From: Flavobacteriales bacterium
Lineage (GTDB): Bacteria; Bacteroidota; Bacteroidia; Flavobacteriales_F; PHOS-HE28
Length of the DNA: 55,377 bases
Direction of reading: 5' to 3'
NCBI GenBank assembly: GCA_016788285.1
Contig: JAEUSW010000177.1
Span: 1 to 55,377, forward strand
A program made the translations under genes and the position numbers. Below the pieces are notes generated by a model. That model saw only the letters and a list, made by a program, of their open reading frames with translations. It was not told the DNA's origin and searched no databases. This document shows, one piece after another, positions 1-10,662 of this stretch (positions are counted from its first letter, which is position 1; each line of letters starts with the position of its first letter).

Positions 1-1600
1 CTGCAATGACGGCAACGCCAACACGGGCAACGACACCTGGAGCGCCAACTGCACCTGCGTGGGTCAGCTGATCGACTGCCTGGGTGTGCCGGGTGGCTCC
101 GCTCTTCCTGGCACGGCCTGCAACGACGGCAATGCCAACACGGGCAACGACACCTGGAGCGCCAACTGCACCTGCGTGGGCCAGCTGATCGACTGCCTGG
201 GTGTGCCGGGTGGTTCCGCTCTTCCGGGCACGGCCTGCAACGACGGCAACGCCAATACGGGCAACGACACCTGGAGCGCCAACTGCACCTGCGTGGGTCA
301 GCTGATCGACTGCCTGGGTGTGCCGGGTGGCTCCGCTCTTCCGGGCACGGCCTGCAACGACGGCAACGCCAACACGGGCAACGACACCTACGATGCCAAC
401 TGTAACTGCGTCGGTCAACTGATCGACTGCCTGGGTGTGCCGGGCGGCAGCGCCCTGCCGGGCACCGCCTGCAATGACGGCAACGCCAACACGGGCAACG
501 ACACCTGGAGCGCCAACTGCACCTGCGTGGGTCAGCTGATCGACTGCCTGGGTGTGCCGGGTGGCAGCGCCCTGCCGGGCACCGCCTGCGACGATGGCAA
601 CCCCAACAGCAGCAACGACACCTGGGATGCGAACTGCAACTGCAGCGGCACCCTGCCGAACGACTGCCTGGGTGTGCCGGGTGGTACGGCTCAGCCGGGT
701 ACGGCCTGCGATGACGGTAATGCCAGCACGGGCAACGACCTCTGGGATCCGAACTGCGTGTGCGTGGGCCAGCTGATCGACTGCCTCGGCGTGCCGGGCG
801 GCTCCGCTCTTCCGGGCACCGCCTGCGACGATGGCAACGCCAACACGGGCAACGACACCTGGAGCGCGAACTGCACCTGCGCGGGTCAGCTGATCGATTG
901 CCTCGGAGTGCCGGGCGGCAGCGCCCTGCCGGGCACCGCCTGCGATGATGGCAACCCCAACAGCAGCAACGACACCTGGGATGCGAACTGCAACTGCAGC
1001 GGCACCCTGCCGAACGACTGCCTGGGTGTGCCGGGTGGTACGGCTCAGCCGGGGACGGCCTGCGATGACGGCAACGCCAATACGGGCAACGACCTGTGGG
1101 ATGCCAACTGCGTGTGCGTGGGTCAGCTGATCGACTGCCTGGGCGTGCCGGGTGGCAGCGCCCTTCCGGGCACCGCCTGCAACGACGGCAACGCGAACAC
1201 GGGCAATGACACCTGGAGCGCGAACTGCACCTGCGTGGGTCAGCTGATCGATTGCCTGGGCGTGCCGGGTGGCAGCGCCCTGCCGGGTACCGCCTGCGAC
1301 GATGGCAACCCCAACAGCAGCAACGATGCCTATGATGCCAACTGCAACTGCGTGGGCCAGCTGGCCAACGACTGCCTGGGCGTTCCGGGCGGTCCTGCTC
1401 AGCCGGGAACTGCCTGCGATGATGGCCAAGCCCAGACCGGTAACGATACCTGGGACGCCAACTGCAATTGCATCGGCCAGCTGATCGACTGCCTGGGCGT
1501 GCCGGGTGGCAGCGCTCTGCCGGGTACGGCCTGCAATGATGGCGACGCCTGCACCACCGGCGACGTGTACGATGCGAACTGCAACTGTGCCGGTCTTTTC
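1..1600 (+). repeat. 117-120 bp coding tandem repeat array (13 full units plus a partial unit)
   Basis: ctgatcgactgcctgggtgtgccgggtggc recurs at about 117 bp spacing. Confidence 0.95.
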
Positions 1601-2800
1601 GCGGATGCTGACAACGATGGCACCTGCGACGCCAACGACGTGTGCCCGAACAGCCCCGAGCCGGGCCAGAGCTGCGACGACGGTGACGCCTGCACCATCA
1701 ACGACGTGGTGGGCGCGAACTGCAACTGCGCCGGCACCTTCGCCGACGATGACAATGACGGTACCTGCGATGCCGACGACCTCTGCCCCGGCAGCCCGGA
1801 GCCTGGCCAGGCCTGCAACGATGGCAACCCGCTCACCATCAATGATGTGGTGGACGCCAACTGCACCTGCGCCGGTACGCCGATCGGCAACTGCACGGAG
1901 ATCCTGACGCTGGACATCACCCTGGACAACAATGGTTCTGAGACCACTTGGGAGGTGCGCGATCAGAGCGGTACCACGGTGATCGCCTCCGGCGGCCCGT
2001 ACCCGAACGGAGTTGGTGGCACGATCGTCTCCGAGACCATCTGCCTCAACCAGATCTGCTATCGCCTTGTCGTGAACGATGCCGGTGGTGACGGCATCAG
2101 CGGCGGTGGTTACGTGCTGCGCGATGCCAACGGCCGCCGCATCGTGGATGCGAACGGATCCTTCACGAGCACCAGCAGCGTGGCCAACGAGTTCTGCCTG
2201 CCGCTGAGCGTGGCCCGTCTGATCAACGCCAGCTGCGATCGCACGAACCTGACCTACAGCACCAGCACCCAGATCTACGCGAGCTTCTACCCGGGTGCCA
2301 GCGGCTACCAGTTCTGGATCTTCGATCCGCACGGCTCCTACACCCGTCGCGTGTTCCGCACGGCCCAGAACCTGGTGCCGGTGAACCTTGTGACCAACCC
2401 GGTGCCGGCCGACCTGGACCTGAACGTGCGCGTGCGCGCTTTGGTGAACGGCAACTACACGGCGTTCGGACCGGCCTGCCGCTTCCGCCTCAACACCCCG
2501 GGTGGTGGCGGTCGTGAGGCCATCCTGTTCGACGAGGCCAGCAACGTGACGATGAGCCTCTACCCGAACCCGAACCGCGGGGAGGTGGTGAACGTGGCCT
2601 TCGACGGCATCGCTGCCGCCGAGCGGATGGACATCGAGGTGATGGACATCTTCGGCAAGCGCGTGAGCGCTGCGCAGATCGCCGCTCCGGGTGGTGCCTT
2701 CGTGCACACGATGGACATGAGCCAGCTGGCTCCTGGTGTGTACATGGTGAGCGTCCGTGTGGGCGATCGCCTCTACACGCAACGCCTGGTGCGCCAGTAA
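2..2800 (+). CDS. Cys-rich tandem-repeat secreted protein with T9SS type A C-terminal domain (5' truncated by window edge)
   Basis: Frame is open from base 2. It has 13 full copies of a 39-40 aa unit (DCLGVPGGSALPGTACNDGNANTGNDTWSANCTCVGQLI), then TSP3-like DADNDGTCDANDVCP motifs, and ends LYPNP...PGVYMVSV...TQRLVRQ. Confidence 0.9.
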   Translation, partial: CNDGNANTGNDTWSANCTCVGQLIDCLGVPGGSALPGTACNDGNANTGNDTWSANCTCVGQLIDCLGVPGGSALPGTACNDGNANTGNDTWSANCTCVGQLIDCLGVPGGSALPGTACNDGNANTGNDTYDANCNCVGQLIDCLGVPGGSALPGTACNDGNANTGNDTWSANCTCVGQLIDCLGVPGGSALPGTACDDGNPNSSNDTWDANCNCSGTLPNDCLGVPGGTAQPGTACDDGNASTGNDLWDPNCVCVGQLIDCLGVPGGSALPGTACDDGNANTGNDTWSANCTCAGQLIDCLGVPGGSALPGTACDDGNPNSSNDTWDANCNCSGTLPNDCLGVPGGTAQPGTACDDGNANTGNDLWDANCVCVGQLIDCLGVPGGSALPGTACNDGNANTGNDTWSANCTCVGQLIDCLGVPGGSALPGTACDDGNPNSSNDAYDANCNCVGQLANDCLGVPGGPAQPGTACDDGQAQTGNDTWDANCNCIGQLIDCLGVPGGSALPGTACNDGDACTTGDVYDANCNCAGLFADADNDGTCDANDVCPNSPEPGQSCDDGDACTINDVVGANCNCAGTFADDDNDGTCDADDLCPGSPEPGQACNDGNPLTINDVVDANCTCAGTPIGNCTEILTLDITLDNNGSETTWEVRDQSGTTVIASGGPYPNGVGGTIVSETICLNQICYRLVVNDAGGDGISGGGYVLRDANGRRIVDANGSFTSTSSVANEFCLPLSVARLINASCDRTNLTYSTSTQIYASFYPGASGYQFWIFDPHGSYTRRVFRTAQNLVPVNLVTNPVPADLDLNVRVRALVNGNYTAFGPACRFRLNTPGGGGREAILFDEASNVTMSLYPNPNRGEVVNVAFDGIAAAERMDIEVMDIFGKRVSAAQIAAPGGAFVHTMDMSQLAPGVYMVSVRVGDRLYTQRLVRQ

Positions 2801-2818
2801 GCTGATCGACCTTCTAGG

Positions 2819-2856
2819 CGAAGGGCCGCTCCTCACGGGGCGGCCCTTCGTTCGTT
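2819..2856 (+). terminator. Intrinsic terminator
   Basis: Hairpin cgaagggccgctcc-tcac-ggggcggcccttcg followed by ttcgtt, just after the stop at 2800. Confidence 0.75.
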
Positions 2857-3132
2857 CATGCGCCGAGGCGATCAGGCCACGTGGCCGGTCGAACCGCCCC
2901 GGATCGAACGGAACGCGTTGTTGGAAGATGGCTGTTCGATGCCTGCGCGCATCTCTGCGTCATTGGTCCGGTACGCCCGCTCATGGGCCCTGGCGTTCGC
3001 GCCCAGGGGTGGCATGGCGGTGCCGGACCGCGTGGACCTTCAGGCCGATCGGCCGATCATGCGGCGCGCGGCGATGTCGCGAGCAGGGGCCAGGCAGGCG
3101 CCTGGATCATGCCCAGGTGGCCCGTGGGCAAC

Positions 3133-3160
3133 GAAAAGCCCCGCACAGGGCGGGGCTTTC
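3133..3160 (-). terminator. Intrinsic terminator of gap
   Basis: Hairpin aaagccccgc-acagg-gcggggcttt with an A-run on the + strand (U-tract on the - strand). Confidence 0.75.
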
Positions 3161-3178
3161 CTGGGGTCCGGTTCCGGT

Positions 3179-4636
3179 TCAGTAGTAGATCAACCGACGC
3201 ACTTTGGCCACATGCTTCGCCAAGCGGATCACCTGCTTGGTGTAGCCGAATTCATTGTCGTACCAGGCGTAGAGCACCACGCTCTTGCCATCGGGAGCGA
3301 CGATCGTGGCGTTGCTGTCGAACACGCTGCAGCAGGTGTCGCCGATGATGTCGCTGCTCACCAGCTCGGGGTCCATCTGATAGTGGATCTGGTTCACCAG
3401 TTCACCCTCCAGGGCCGCCTTGCGGATCAACGCGTTCATGGCGGGCAGGTCGGCGATGGGCTTCTTCAGCGTGAGGTTCATGATGGCCAGCGAGCCGTTC
3501 GGCGTGGGCACGCGCACCGCATTGGCCGTGAGCTTGTCCTTCAGGCTCGGGATGGCCTTGGCCACCGCCGTGCCGGCACCGGTGCTGGTGATCACCATGT
3601 TGATGGCGGCCGAACGGCCTCGGCGGGGACCCTTGTGGTAGTTGTCCAGCAGGTTCTGATCGTTCGTGTAGGCGTGCACCGTTTCGATGTGGCCCTTCTC
3701 CACGCCGAGGTTGTCCTCCACCACCTTCAGGATGGGACAGATGGCGTTCGTGGTGCAGCTGGCGGCGCTGAAGATGCGCTCGTTCTCGATGTCGAGGTCC
3801 TTGTGGTTGATGCCGTACACCACATTGGGGATCTCCTTGCCTGGGGCGGTCAGGAGAACCTTGGCCACACCCTTGGCCTTCAGGTGACGCTCCAGGTCGG
3901 CGCGCTTGGTGAAGGCCCCCGTATTGTCGATGACCAAGGCGTCCTTGATACCGTATGCCGTGTAGTCCACGTCCTCGGGGTTGGCCGCGGCGATGAGCTG
4001 GATGAGCTGGCCGTTCACCCAGATGGCCTTGTTGGCCACATCCTCGATCACCGTACCCTTGAAGGTGCCGTGCACGCTGTCGTTGCGCAGCAGCGCGGCG
4101 CGCTTCACGATCTCGGCATCGGTGAGCGTGCGGGTCACGATGGCCCGGAGGCGGAGCTGCTGGCCCTTGCCGGCCTGCTTGACGAGCTCGCGCGCCGCGA
4201 TGCGACCGATGCGGCCGAAGCCGTAGAGCACCACATCCCGCGGCTCGAACTTGTGCTTGTCCTGTCCGATGAAGCCCGACAGCGTGGTGGACAGGAAGCC
4301 CTTGAGGTCTTTCTTCCCGCCCTGGATGTAATCCCAGGTGAGCTTGCCGATGTCGATCTTGCTGGGTGCCAGGTCGAGGTCGAGAAGCCCGCGTGCCACA
4401 TCGGAGGCGGTGAAGATGTCGATCGGCTTCTGCACCACCTGGTCGGCGTAGTTGAAGAGCTTGATCACCTCGGAAATGCTGATGTCCAGCAGGTGGTTGC
4501 GGAAGAACACCAGCTCGACGCCGCGGCCGTACATCAATTGGCCGACGGAATTCTCCAGATCAACGGCCGCCTTCTCGCGGTCCACGTATTCTTTCAGGCC
4601 GGCCTCGTAACCGGACTTGGCTTCCAGGGTCTGCAT
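3179..4636 (-). CDS. gap: Glyceraldehyde-3-phosphate dehydrogenase, long form with N-terminal extension
   Basis: GFGRIGR nucleotide-binding motif, catalytic SAASCTTN, RVPTPNGS and WYDNEFGY. Start taken at MQTLEAK. Confidence 0.95.
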   Translation of the reverse strand: MQTLEAKSGYEAGLKEYVDREKAAVDLENSVGQLMYGRGVELVFFRNHLLDISISEVIKLFNYADQVVQKPIDIFTASDVARGLLDLDLAPSKIDIGKLTWDYIQGGKKDLKGFLSTTLSGFIGQDKHKFEPRDVVLYGFGRIGRIAARELVKQAGKGQQLRLRAIVTRTLTDAEIVKRAALLRNDSVHGTFKGTVIEDVANKAIWVNGQLIQLIAAANPEDVDYTAYGIKDALVIDNTGAFTKRADLERHLKAKGVAKVLLTAPGKEIPNVVYGINHKDLDIENERIFSAASCTTNAICPILKVVEDNLGVEKGHIETVHAYTNDQNLLDNYHKGPRRGRSAAINMVITSTGAGTAVAKAIPSLKDKLTANAVRVPTPNGSLAIMNLTLKKPIADLPAMNALIRKAALEGELVNQIHYQMDPELVSSDIIGDTCCSVFDSNATIVAPDGKSVVLYAWYDNEFGYTKQVIRLAKHVAKVRRLIYY

Positions 4637-4675
4637 GGATGAGTGATGGGGATTGGTCCGAAGGTGTGAAAGGAC

Positions 4676-4698
4676 GCGCCCCGCCGTAGGCGGGGCGC
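4676..4698 (-). terminator. GC-rich hairpin after the sigma factor gene
   Basis: gcgccccgcc-gta-ggcggggcgc; the U-tract is weak. Confidence 0.55.
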
Positions 4699-4704
4699 TC
4701 AGGT

Positions 4705-5568
4705 TCAACCGAGGTAGGCTTTGAGCAGCTTGCTCCGGCTCGTATGCCGCAATCGCCGGATGGCTTTCTCCTTGATCTGGCGCACGCGCTCACGGGTGAG
4801 GTCGAACTTGGCGCCGATCTCCTCCAACGTGAGGCCGTGGTTGATGCCGATCCCGAAGAACAGCTTCACCACATCGCGCTCGCGTTCCGTGAGCGTGCTC
4901 AGCGCGCGCTCGATCTCCTTGCTCAGGGATTCGTTGAGGAGGAGCCTGTCGGCCGGTGCGCTGTCGTTGTTGGGCAGCACGTCCAGCAGGCTGTTGCTCT
5001 CACCTTCCACGAACGGTGCGTCCATGCTGATGTGGCGGCCGCTCACCTTCATGGTGTCGGCCACCTTCTCCGGCGGGAGGTCCAGAAGGGCGGCCAGCTC
5101 ATCGGCGCTGGGCGGGCGCTCATACTCCTGCTCCAGCTTGGCGAAGGCCTTGTTGATCTTGTTCAGGGACCCGACCTGGTTGAGAGGGAGGCGCACGATG
5201 CGGCTCTGCTCGGCCAGCGCTTGCAGGATGCTCTGGCGGATCCACCACACGGCGTAGCTGATGAACTTGAACCCCCGTGTCTCATCGAATCGCTGCGCCG
5301 CCTTGATGAGGCCGAGGTTGCCCTCGTTGATCAGGTCCGGCAGGCTAAGGCCCTGGTTCTGGTACTGCTTGGCCACGGAGACGACGAAGCGCAGGTTGGC
5401 TTTCACCAACTTCTCCAGGGCGCGAGTGTCGCCTTCCTTGATCCGACGGGCCAGCTCCACCTCCTGGTCGGCGGTGATCAACCCTTCCTTGCCGATCTCC
5501 TGCAGGTACTTGTCCAGCGATTGGCTTTCCCGGTTGGTGATCGACTTGGTGATCTTGAGCTGACGCAT
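4705..5568 (-). CDS. rpoD: Primary RNA polymerase sigma-70 factor, Bacteroidota type (no region 1.1)
   Basis: N-terminus [14 protein letters not shown]; region 2 motifs [32 protein letters not shown]; region 4 motif TRERVRQI. Confidence 0.93.
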   Translation of the reverse strand: MRQLKITKSITNRESQSLDKYLQEIGKEGLITADQEVELARRIKEGDTRALEKLVKANLRFVVSVAKQYQNQGLSLPDLINEGNLGLIKAAQRFDETRGFKFISYAVWWIRQSILQALAEQSRIVRLPLNQVGSLNKINKAFAKLEQEYERPPSADELAALLDLPPEKVADTMKVSGRHISMDAPFVEGESNSLLDVLPNNDSAPADRLLLNESLSKEIERALSTLTERERDVVKLFFGIGINHGLTLEEIGAKFDLTRERVRQIKEKAIRRLRHTSRSKLLKAYLG

Positions 5569-5750
5569 CCTGCTGGTCACGGTGCGGAGGGTGTTAGGGG
5601 TTGGTGGTCAGGGACTTCTGAAGTGGCCGGTCCACTGGACCCCACCACGGGTATGGCGCGAAGGTAAGGCCCCACCTCCCTTCGGGACAAGCTGGCTTTT
5701 CCAGGCCTGCTCCCGAGCGGTCCCCGGCACCCCCCGGTGCGACGATCGGT

Positions 5751-7211
5751 TCAGACGCCGAGCCCATAGTAGGCGCGCGTACCGTTGGGGTATACACCTT
5801 CGATCAACACACCGCCGCGTTTGTTGGTCAGCGCACGCTCGATGTCATCCGGCTTGGTGATCGGCTGGTCATCCACGCGCGTGATGATGAAGCCCTCGCG
5901 GATGCCGCTGCTCCGAAGCCGACCGGTGTCCACGGAGATCACCTTCACCCCGTTCGTCAGCTTGAGCGCGCGAAGTTCGTCGGCCGTGGCGGTGGCGAGC
6001 TGGGCACCGAGGACCTCGCTGAGCTCACGCTTGGTGGGAGCGGCCGCTACCGTGCCGGATCCATCACGACCCCGCAAGGTGAGGTCGACCACCCGCTCAC
6101 GGTCGTCACGCAGGACGGTCACGGTCACCTGATCGCCAGGCCGGAACTTGCCCACCTGTTCCTGAAGCTGCGGCACGTTGTTCACCTCGATGTTCCCCAC
6201 CTTGAGGATCACGTCGCCTTCCTTGAGGCCGGCCGACTGCGCGGCACCGCCTTCGGTGAGCCCGTTCACATAGACACCGCGGATCCGGTCCATCCGGGCC
6301 TGTTCGGCGAGCGCCTGGTCCATGTTGCGGATGCTCACGCCCAGATAGGCGCGTTGCACGCTGCCGTACTCCAACAGGTCGCTGGTGACCTTGCGCACGA
6401 TGTTCGCAGGAACGGCGAAGGAGTACCCGGCGTACTGACCGGTGGTGCTGGCGATCGCCGTGTTGATGCCGATCAGCTGGCCCTGGGTGTTCACCAGCGC
6501 GCCGCCGCTGTTCCCGGGGTTCACCGCGGCGTCGGTCTGAATGAAGCTCTCGATCGGGAAGATGTCACGGCCCGGGTCGTACTGGAGCAGGTTGATGTTC
6601 CTGGCCTTGGCGCTCACGATGCCGGCCGTCACCGTGCTGGTCAGGTTCATCGGGTTGCCCACGGCGAGCACCCATTCCCCGACCTTCACCTCATCGGAGT
6701 TGCCGAATTCCAAGGTCGGGAGCTCGGTGGCGTCCACCTTGAGCAGGGCGATATCGGTGCTCGGGTCACGGCCGATCACCCGCGCTGGAAGCGAGCGGTT
6801 ATCGTTGAGATGGATGGAGATCTTGTCCGCGCCTTCCACGACGTGGTTGTTGGTGACGATGTATCCGTCGTCGGCGATGATCACACCGCTGCCTACGCCT
6901 TCCCTCGGCTGCGGCTGGCTGGGGCGGTAGCCCCAGAAGAAATCCTGGAACGGGTCGCGGTAGCGGACCATCGTTTCGGTGGTGACGTGCACCACGGCGT
7001 TCACGGAGACCTCAGCAGCGGGGACCAGGTCCACCGGAGCCGCGCCCGGGGTCAGGGTCGGCATGCTGACCGGCACGGTCGGTGCGGTCGCCCCGAAGGG
7101 TGGTGCACCATCGGACCGGACCTGTGATGGGCGCAGGAAAAGGTCGTACCCGCCCATGGCCAGAATGCCTCCGGCAAGGGCGGCCAGGAAGTAGGAGAAC
7201 GTGCGTTTCAT
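5751..7211 (-). CDS. degP: DegP/DegQ (HtrA) serine protease with two PDZ domains
   Basis: TNNHVV, DIALLK and QTDAAVNPGNSGGAL catalytic triad motifs; N-terminal membrane anchor; two PDZ domains. Confidence 0.92.
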   Translation of the reverse strand: MKRTFSYFLAALAGGILAMGGYDLFLRPSQVRSDGAPPFGATAPTVPVSMPTLTPGAAPVDLVPAAEVSVNAVVHVTTETMVRYRDPFQDFFWGYRPSQPQPREGVGSGVIIADDGYIVTNNHVVEGADKISIHLNDNRSLPARVIGRDPSTDIALLKVDATELPTLEFGNSDEVKVGEWVLAVGNPMNLTSTVTAGIVSAKARNINLLQYDPGRDIFPIESFIQTDAAVNPGNSGGALVNTQGQLIGINTAIASTTGQYAGYSFAVPANIVRKVTSDLLEYGSVQRAYLGVSIRNMDQALAEQARMDRIRGVYVNGLTEGGAAQSAGLKEGDVILKVGNIEVNNVPQLQEQVGKFRPGDQVTVTVLRDDRERVVDLTLRGRDGSGTVAAAPTKRELSEVLGAQLATATADELRALKLTNGVKVISVDTGRLRSSGIREGFIITRVDDQPITKPDDIERALTNKRGGVLIEGVYPNGTRAYYGLGV

Positions 7212-7359
7212 GGTGTCAGGCGGCGCATCAAGCGGCATGCCGCGCTGCACGAAACAACGTTCCTGACAGGCCCTCGATACGCTCCGCGGCGTTAAAAAGT
7301 GTTGATCATGGCCGGGCATCCATGGCGCAAGGCGCTGACACGGCCCGCATCTTTGCGGC

Positions 7360-8145
7360 ATGGCCGACGGGTGGAACTTCAGCAAGTGGCAGGGCACCGG
7401 GAACGACTTCATTGTGATCGATGACCGCGGGAAGGGCTTTCCGGACCAGGACAAGGACCTGATCGCTCGCTGGTGCGACCGCCATTTCGGCATCGGCTCG
7501 GACGGGTTGATCCTGATCCGGCCGGCCACCGACGTGGGCAGGGCGTTCCACATGGAGTTCCTGAACCCCGACGGAAGCCGGAGCTTTTGTGGAAATGGCA
7601 GCCGGGCGGCGTTCGGCTTCTGGTCGGAGCTCACCGGCGACCGCTCGCCTGTGCGATTCACCGCGATCGACGGTGAGCATCAGGCCGGATGGGCCGGTGG
7701 TCTGGTGCGCGTGGCGATGCGCGATGTCGGGGAGGTGGAGCGCGTGGACGAGCGCACGGACCGGATCCATACGGGGTCACCCCATCTGGTGGTGTGGGTG
7801 GATGACCCCGAGGCGGTGGACCTTGTTCCGGCCGCGCGGGCCATCCGGTACGCCCCCGAGCATGCCCGCGCGGGCATCAACGTGAACTTCGTCCGGTGGA
7901 AGCAGGGGAGGATGGAGATGCGCACCTATGAGCGTGGGGTGGAGGCGGAGACCCTGAGCTGCGGCACCGGCGTCACGGCTGCGGCCCTCTCGGCCATGGC
8001 GCGTGGGTCGGTGAAGGGCCGCTGTGAGGTGGTCACACGGGGCGGACAGCTCGTGGTGGAGGCCACCCCGGCAGCGTCGGGGTTCGTTGATGTGCACCTC
8101 TGTGGCCCGGTCGGTCACGTCTTCTCCGGAACCGTCCAGCGATGA
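7360..8145 (+). CDS. dapF: Diaminopimelate epimerase
   Basis: KWQGTGNDF, GIGSDG, FCGNG, GSPH and ERGVEAETLSCGTG motifs. Confidence 0.95.
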   Translation: MADGWNFSKWQGTGNDFIVIDDRGKGFPDQDKDLIARWCDRHFGIGSDGLILIRPATDVGRAFHMEFLNPDGSRSFCGNGSRAAFGFWSELTGDRSPVRFTAIDGEHQAGWAGGLVRVAMRDVGEVERVDERTDRIHTGSPHLVVWVDDPEAVDLVPAARAIRYAPEHARAGINVNFVRWKQGRMEMRTYERGVEAETLSCGTGVTAAALSAMARGSVKGRCEVVTRGGQLVVEATPAASGFVDVHLCGPVGHVFSGTVQR

Positions 8146-9176
8146 AGCATTGGCGGATCGTGCTGATCGTGGCAGGTGTCCTTGCCCTGTTGGGCGCGGC
8201 GCTGGGCTATGGAACGTGGCGCAAGGTCTTCGGACCTGGCCCGGAGCTTCGAACGGCCGAGCGGGTGCTGCTCATCCCCACCGGTGCCACGTTCGATCAG
8301 GTGGTGGACAGCCTGAAGGATGCCGGCCTGGTGCGCGACGAGGCGGCCCTGCGCTGGCTCGCCAGGCGGAAGAAGTACGTGTCGCGCGTGAAGCCCGGTC
8401 GCTACGTGATCGCCAGCGGCACAAGCATGAACGCCTTGCTGAACCGGTTGCGCAGCGGTGAACAGGACCCCGTCCGGGTGACCTTCACCAACGTCCGAAC
8501 CCTGCCCCAGCTGGCCGGCCAGGTCGCCAGGTACGTAGAGGCGGATTCGATGGCGATGCTTACAGCGATGACCGACCCCGGGCTTATCGCCCGGCTGGGC
8601 CTGCGACCGGAGACCATGATCGGACTGTTCCTGCCGAACACGTATGAAGTGTGGTGGACGGAACGGCCGGAAGCGTTCATCGAACGGATGGAACGTGAGC
8701 ATGGACGGTTCTGGAACGGCGACCGGAAAGCGAAGGCCGCGGCGCTGGGCCTGAGCGTGATGGAGGTGAGCACCTTGGCCAGCATCGTCCAGGCGGAGAC
8801 GGCCAAGCGGGACGAGGCCCCGATGATCGCCGGCGTATACCTCAACCGGTTGAGGATCGGCATGCCCCTTCAGGCCGACCCCACGTTGAAGTTCGCGCTC
8901 GGCCTCGACAGCGTGAACCGTGTGCTGGACGCCGACAAACGGGTCGATTCGCCCTACAACACCTATACGCATACAGGCCTGCCACCCGGCCCCATCAACA
9001 TGCCCGAGCCAGGCTATATCGATGCGGTGCTGAACGCGACCAAGCACGACCACCTGTATTTCTGTGCACGGGAGACGCTGGACGGGTACAGCAATTTCGC
9101 CCGCACCTACGAGCAGCATCTGGTGAACGCACGTCGATACCAGCGGGCATTGAACGCACGTGGTATTTACCGGTGA
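8142..9176 (+). CDS. mltG: Endolytic transglycosylase MltG (YceG family)
   Basis: N-terminal TM segment; LASIVQAET, NRLRIGMPLQADPT and SPYNTY..GLPPGPI; ATGA overlap with dapF. Confidence 0.93.
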   Translation: MKHWRIVLIVAGVLALLGAALGYGTWRKVFGPGPELRTAERVLLIPTGATFDQVVDSLKDAGLVRDEAALRWLARRKKYVSRVKPGRYVIASGTSMNALLNRLRSGEQDPVRVTFTNVRTLPQLAGQVARYVEADSMAMLTAMTDPGLIARLGLRPETMIGLFLPNTYEVWWTERPEAFIERMEREHGRFWNGDRKAKAAALGLSVMEVSTLASIVQAETAKRDEAPMIAGVYLNRLRIGMPLQADPTLKFALGLDSVNRVLDADKRVDSPYNTYTHTGLPPGPINMPEPGYIDAVLNATKHDHLYFCARETLDGYSNFARTYEQHLVNARRYQRALNARGIYR

Positions 9177-9246
9177 GCTGTTGAAACGGGCCGGTTCGCC
9201 GGCACAGGTGGCCCGAGGAGGCCGCTACTTTCGCGGCTGAATATCC

Positions 9247-10659
9247 ATGATGATGACGAAGATCAAGTTCGGTACGGACGGCTGGCGAGCCATCATCGCC
9301 GAGGAGTTCACCGTGGACAACGTGGCCCGCGTGAGCGTGGCCACCGGCCACTGGGTGAAGCAGCACTTCCCCAAGGCCCCGTCCATCGTGGTGGGCCATG
9401 ATTGCCGGTTCGCCGGGGAGCTGTTCGCCGAAACGGCCACCAAGGTGTTCGTGTCCATGGGCATCAAGGTGCACCTGGCGCGTGGCTTCGTAAGCACGCC
9501 GATGGTGTCGCTGGGCGCATTTCAGCTCAAGGCCAGCATGGGCGTGATCCTCACCGCCAGCCACAATCCGCCGAGCTACAACGGCTACAAGCTCAAAGGA
9601 CACTATGGCGGGCCGCTGATCCCCGAGCACGTGCAGGAGATCGAGGACATCATCCCGGCCGCGCACGGCATCGACCTGGCGGGGATCGACCTGAAGAAGG
9701 CAGAGGCCGACGGCATGCTGAGCATCGTGGACCTGGAGACGATGTACGTGGACCATGTGGAGCGCAACTTCGACCTGGCCGCCATCCGCAGCAGTGGCCT
9801 GCGCCTGGGCTACGATGCCATGTACGGCGCCGGTCAGAACGTGATCCGCCGGATCCTGCCCGACACCACGCTGCTGCACTGCGAGCACAATCCCTCCTTC
9901 AAGGGCCAGGCCCCCGAGCCGATCCACAAGAACCTGATCGAGTTCAGTGAGCTCATCCAGAAGGGCGGTATCGACTGCGGTCTGGCCACCGATGGCGATG
10001 CCGACCGCATCGGGCTTTACAACAGCAAGGGCGAGTTCGTGGACAGCCACCACATCATCCTGCTGTTGATCCACTACCTGGTGAAGTACAAGCGGTTCAA
10101 GGGCAAGGTGGTGGTGGCCGTGAGCACCACCCCCAAGGTGGAGAAGATGTGCCGCCACTACGGCCTGGAATACCAGGTGGTGAAGATCGGCTTCAAGTGG
10201 ATCTGCGGCATCATGATCGAGGAGGACGTGCTGCTGGGCGGGGAGGAGAGCGGTGGCATCGCGATCAAGGGACACATCCCTGAGCGCGATGGCATCTGGA
10301 TGGGCCTCACCGTGTGGGAGTTCATGGCCAAGAGCGGCAAGAAGCTCGAGGAGCTGATCCAGGAGGTGTACGCGATCGTGGGGCCGTTCAGCTACGACCG
10401 CAACGACCTCCACATCAGCGAAGCGCTGAAGCAGGACGTGCTGAAGAAGTGCTCGAGCGGGGCCCTCACCAAGTTCGGCGACCTCGAAGTGCGCCGCCTG
10501 GAGACCATCGATGGTTGGAAGTACCACTTCGACCGCGACCAGTGGCTCATGATCCGTGCGAGCGGCACGGAGCCCGTGCTGCGCACCTATGCCGAGAGCG
10601 ATACGCTGGAGAACGCGCGGAGGATCCTGGCCGCCTGCAAGGCCGCGATCGGCGCGTGA
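9247..10659 (+). CDS. Phosphoglucomutase/phosphomannomutase family protein
   Basis: FGTDGWR, TASHNP, DGDADR, GEESGG and RASGTEP motifs. Confidence 0.93.
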   Translation: MMMTKIKFGTDGWRAIIAEEFTVDNVARVSVATGHWVKQHFPKAPSIVVGHDCRFAGELFAETATKVFVSMGIKVHLARGFVSTPMVSLGAFQLKASMGVILTASHNPPSYNGYKLKGHYGGPLIPEHVQEIEDIIPAAHGIDLAGIDLKKAEADGMLSIVDLETMYVDHVERNFDLAAIRSSGLRLGYDAMYGAGQNVIRRILPDTTLLHCEHNPSFKGQAPEPIHKNLIEFSELIQKGGIDCGLATDGDADRIGLYNSKGEFVDSHHIILLLIHYLVKYKRFKGKVVVAVSTTPKVEKMCRHYGLEYQVVKIGFKWICGIMIEEDVLLGGEESGGIAIKGHIPERDGIWMGLTVWEFMAKSGKKLEELIQEVYAIVGPFSYDRNDLHISEALKQDVLKKCSSGALTKFGDLEVRRLETIDGWKYHFDRDQWLMIRASGTEPVLRTYAESDTLENARRILAACKAAIGA

Positions 10660-10662
10660 GCC

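Noticed and set aside
2857-3132. About 275-bp gap between convergent terminators as an sRNA or small gene
   Set aside because: No promoter motif, convincing ORF or distinctive structure was recognised.
3179-4636. N-terminal extension of GAPDH as a novelty
   Set aside because: Long GAPDH forms of about 480 aa are a known subfamily in Bacteroidota and Proteobacteria.
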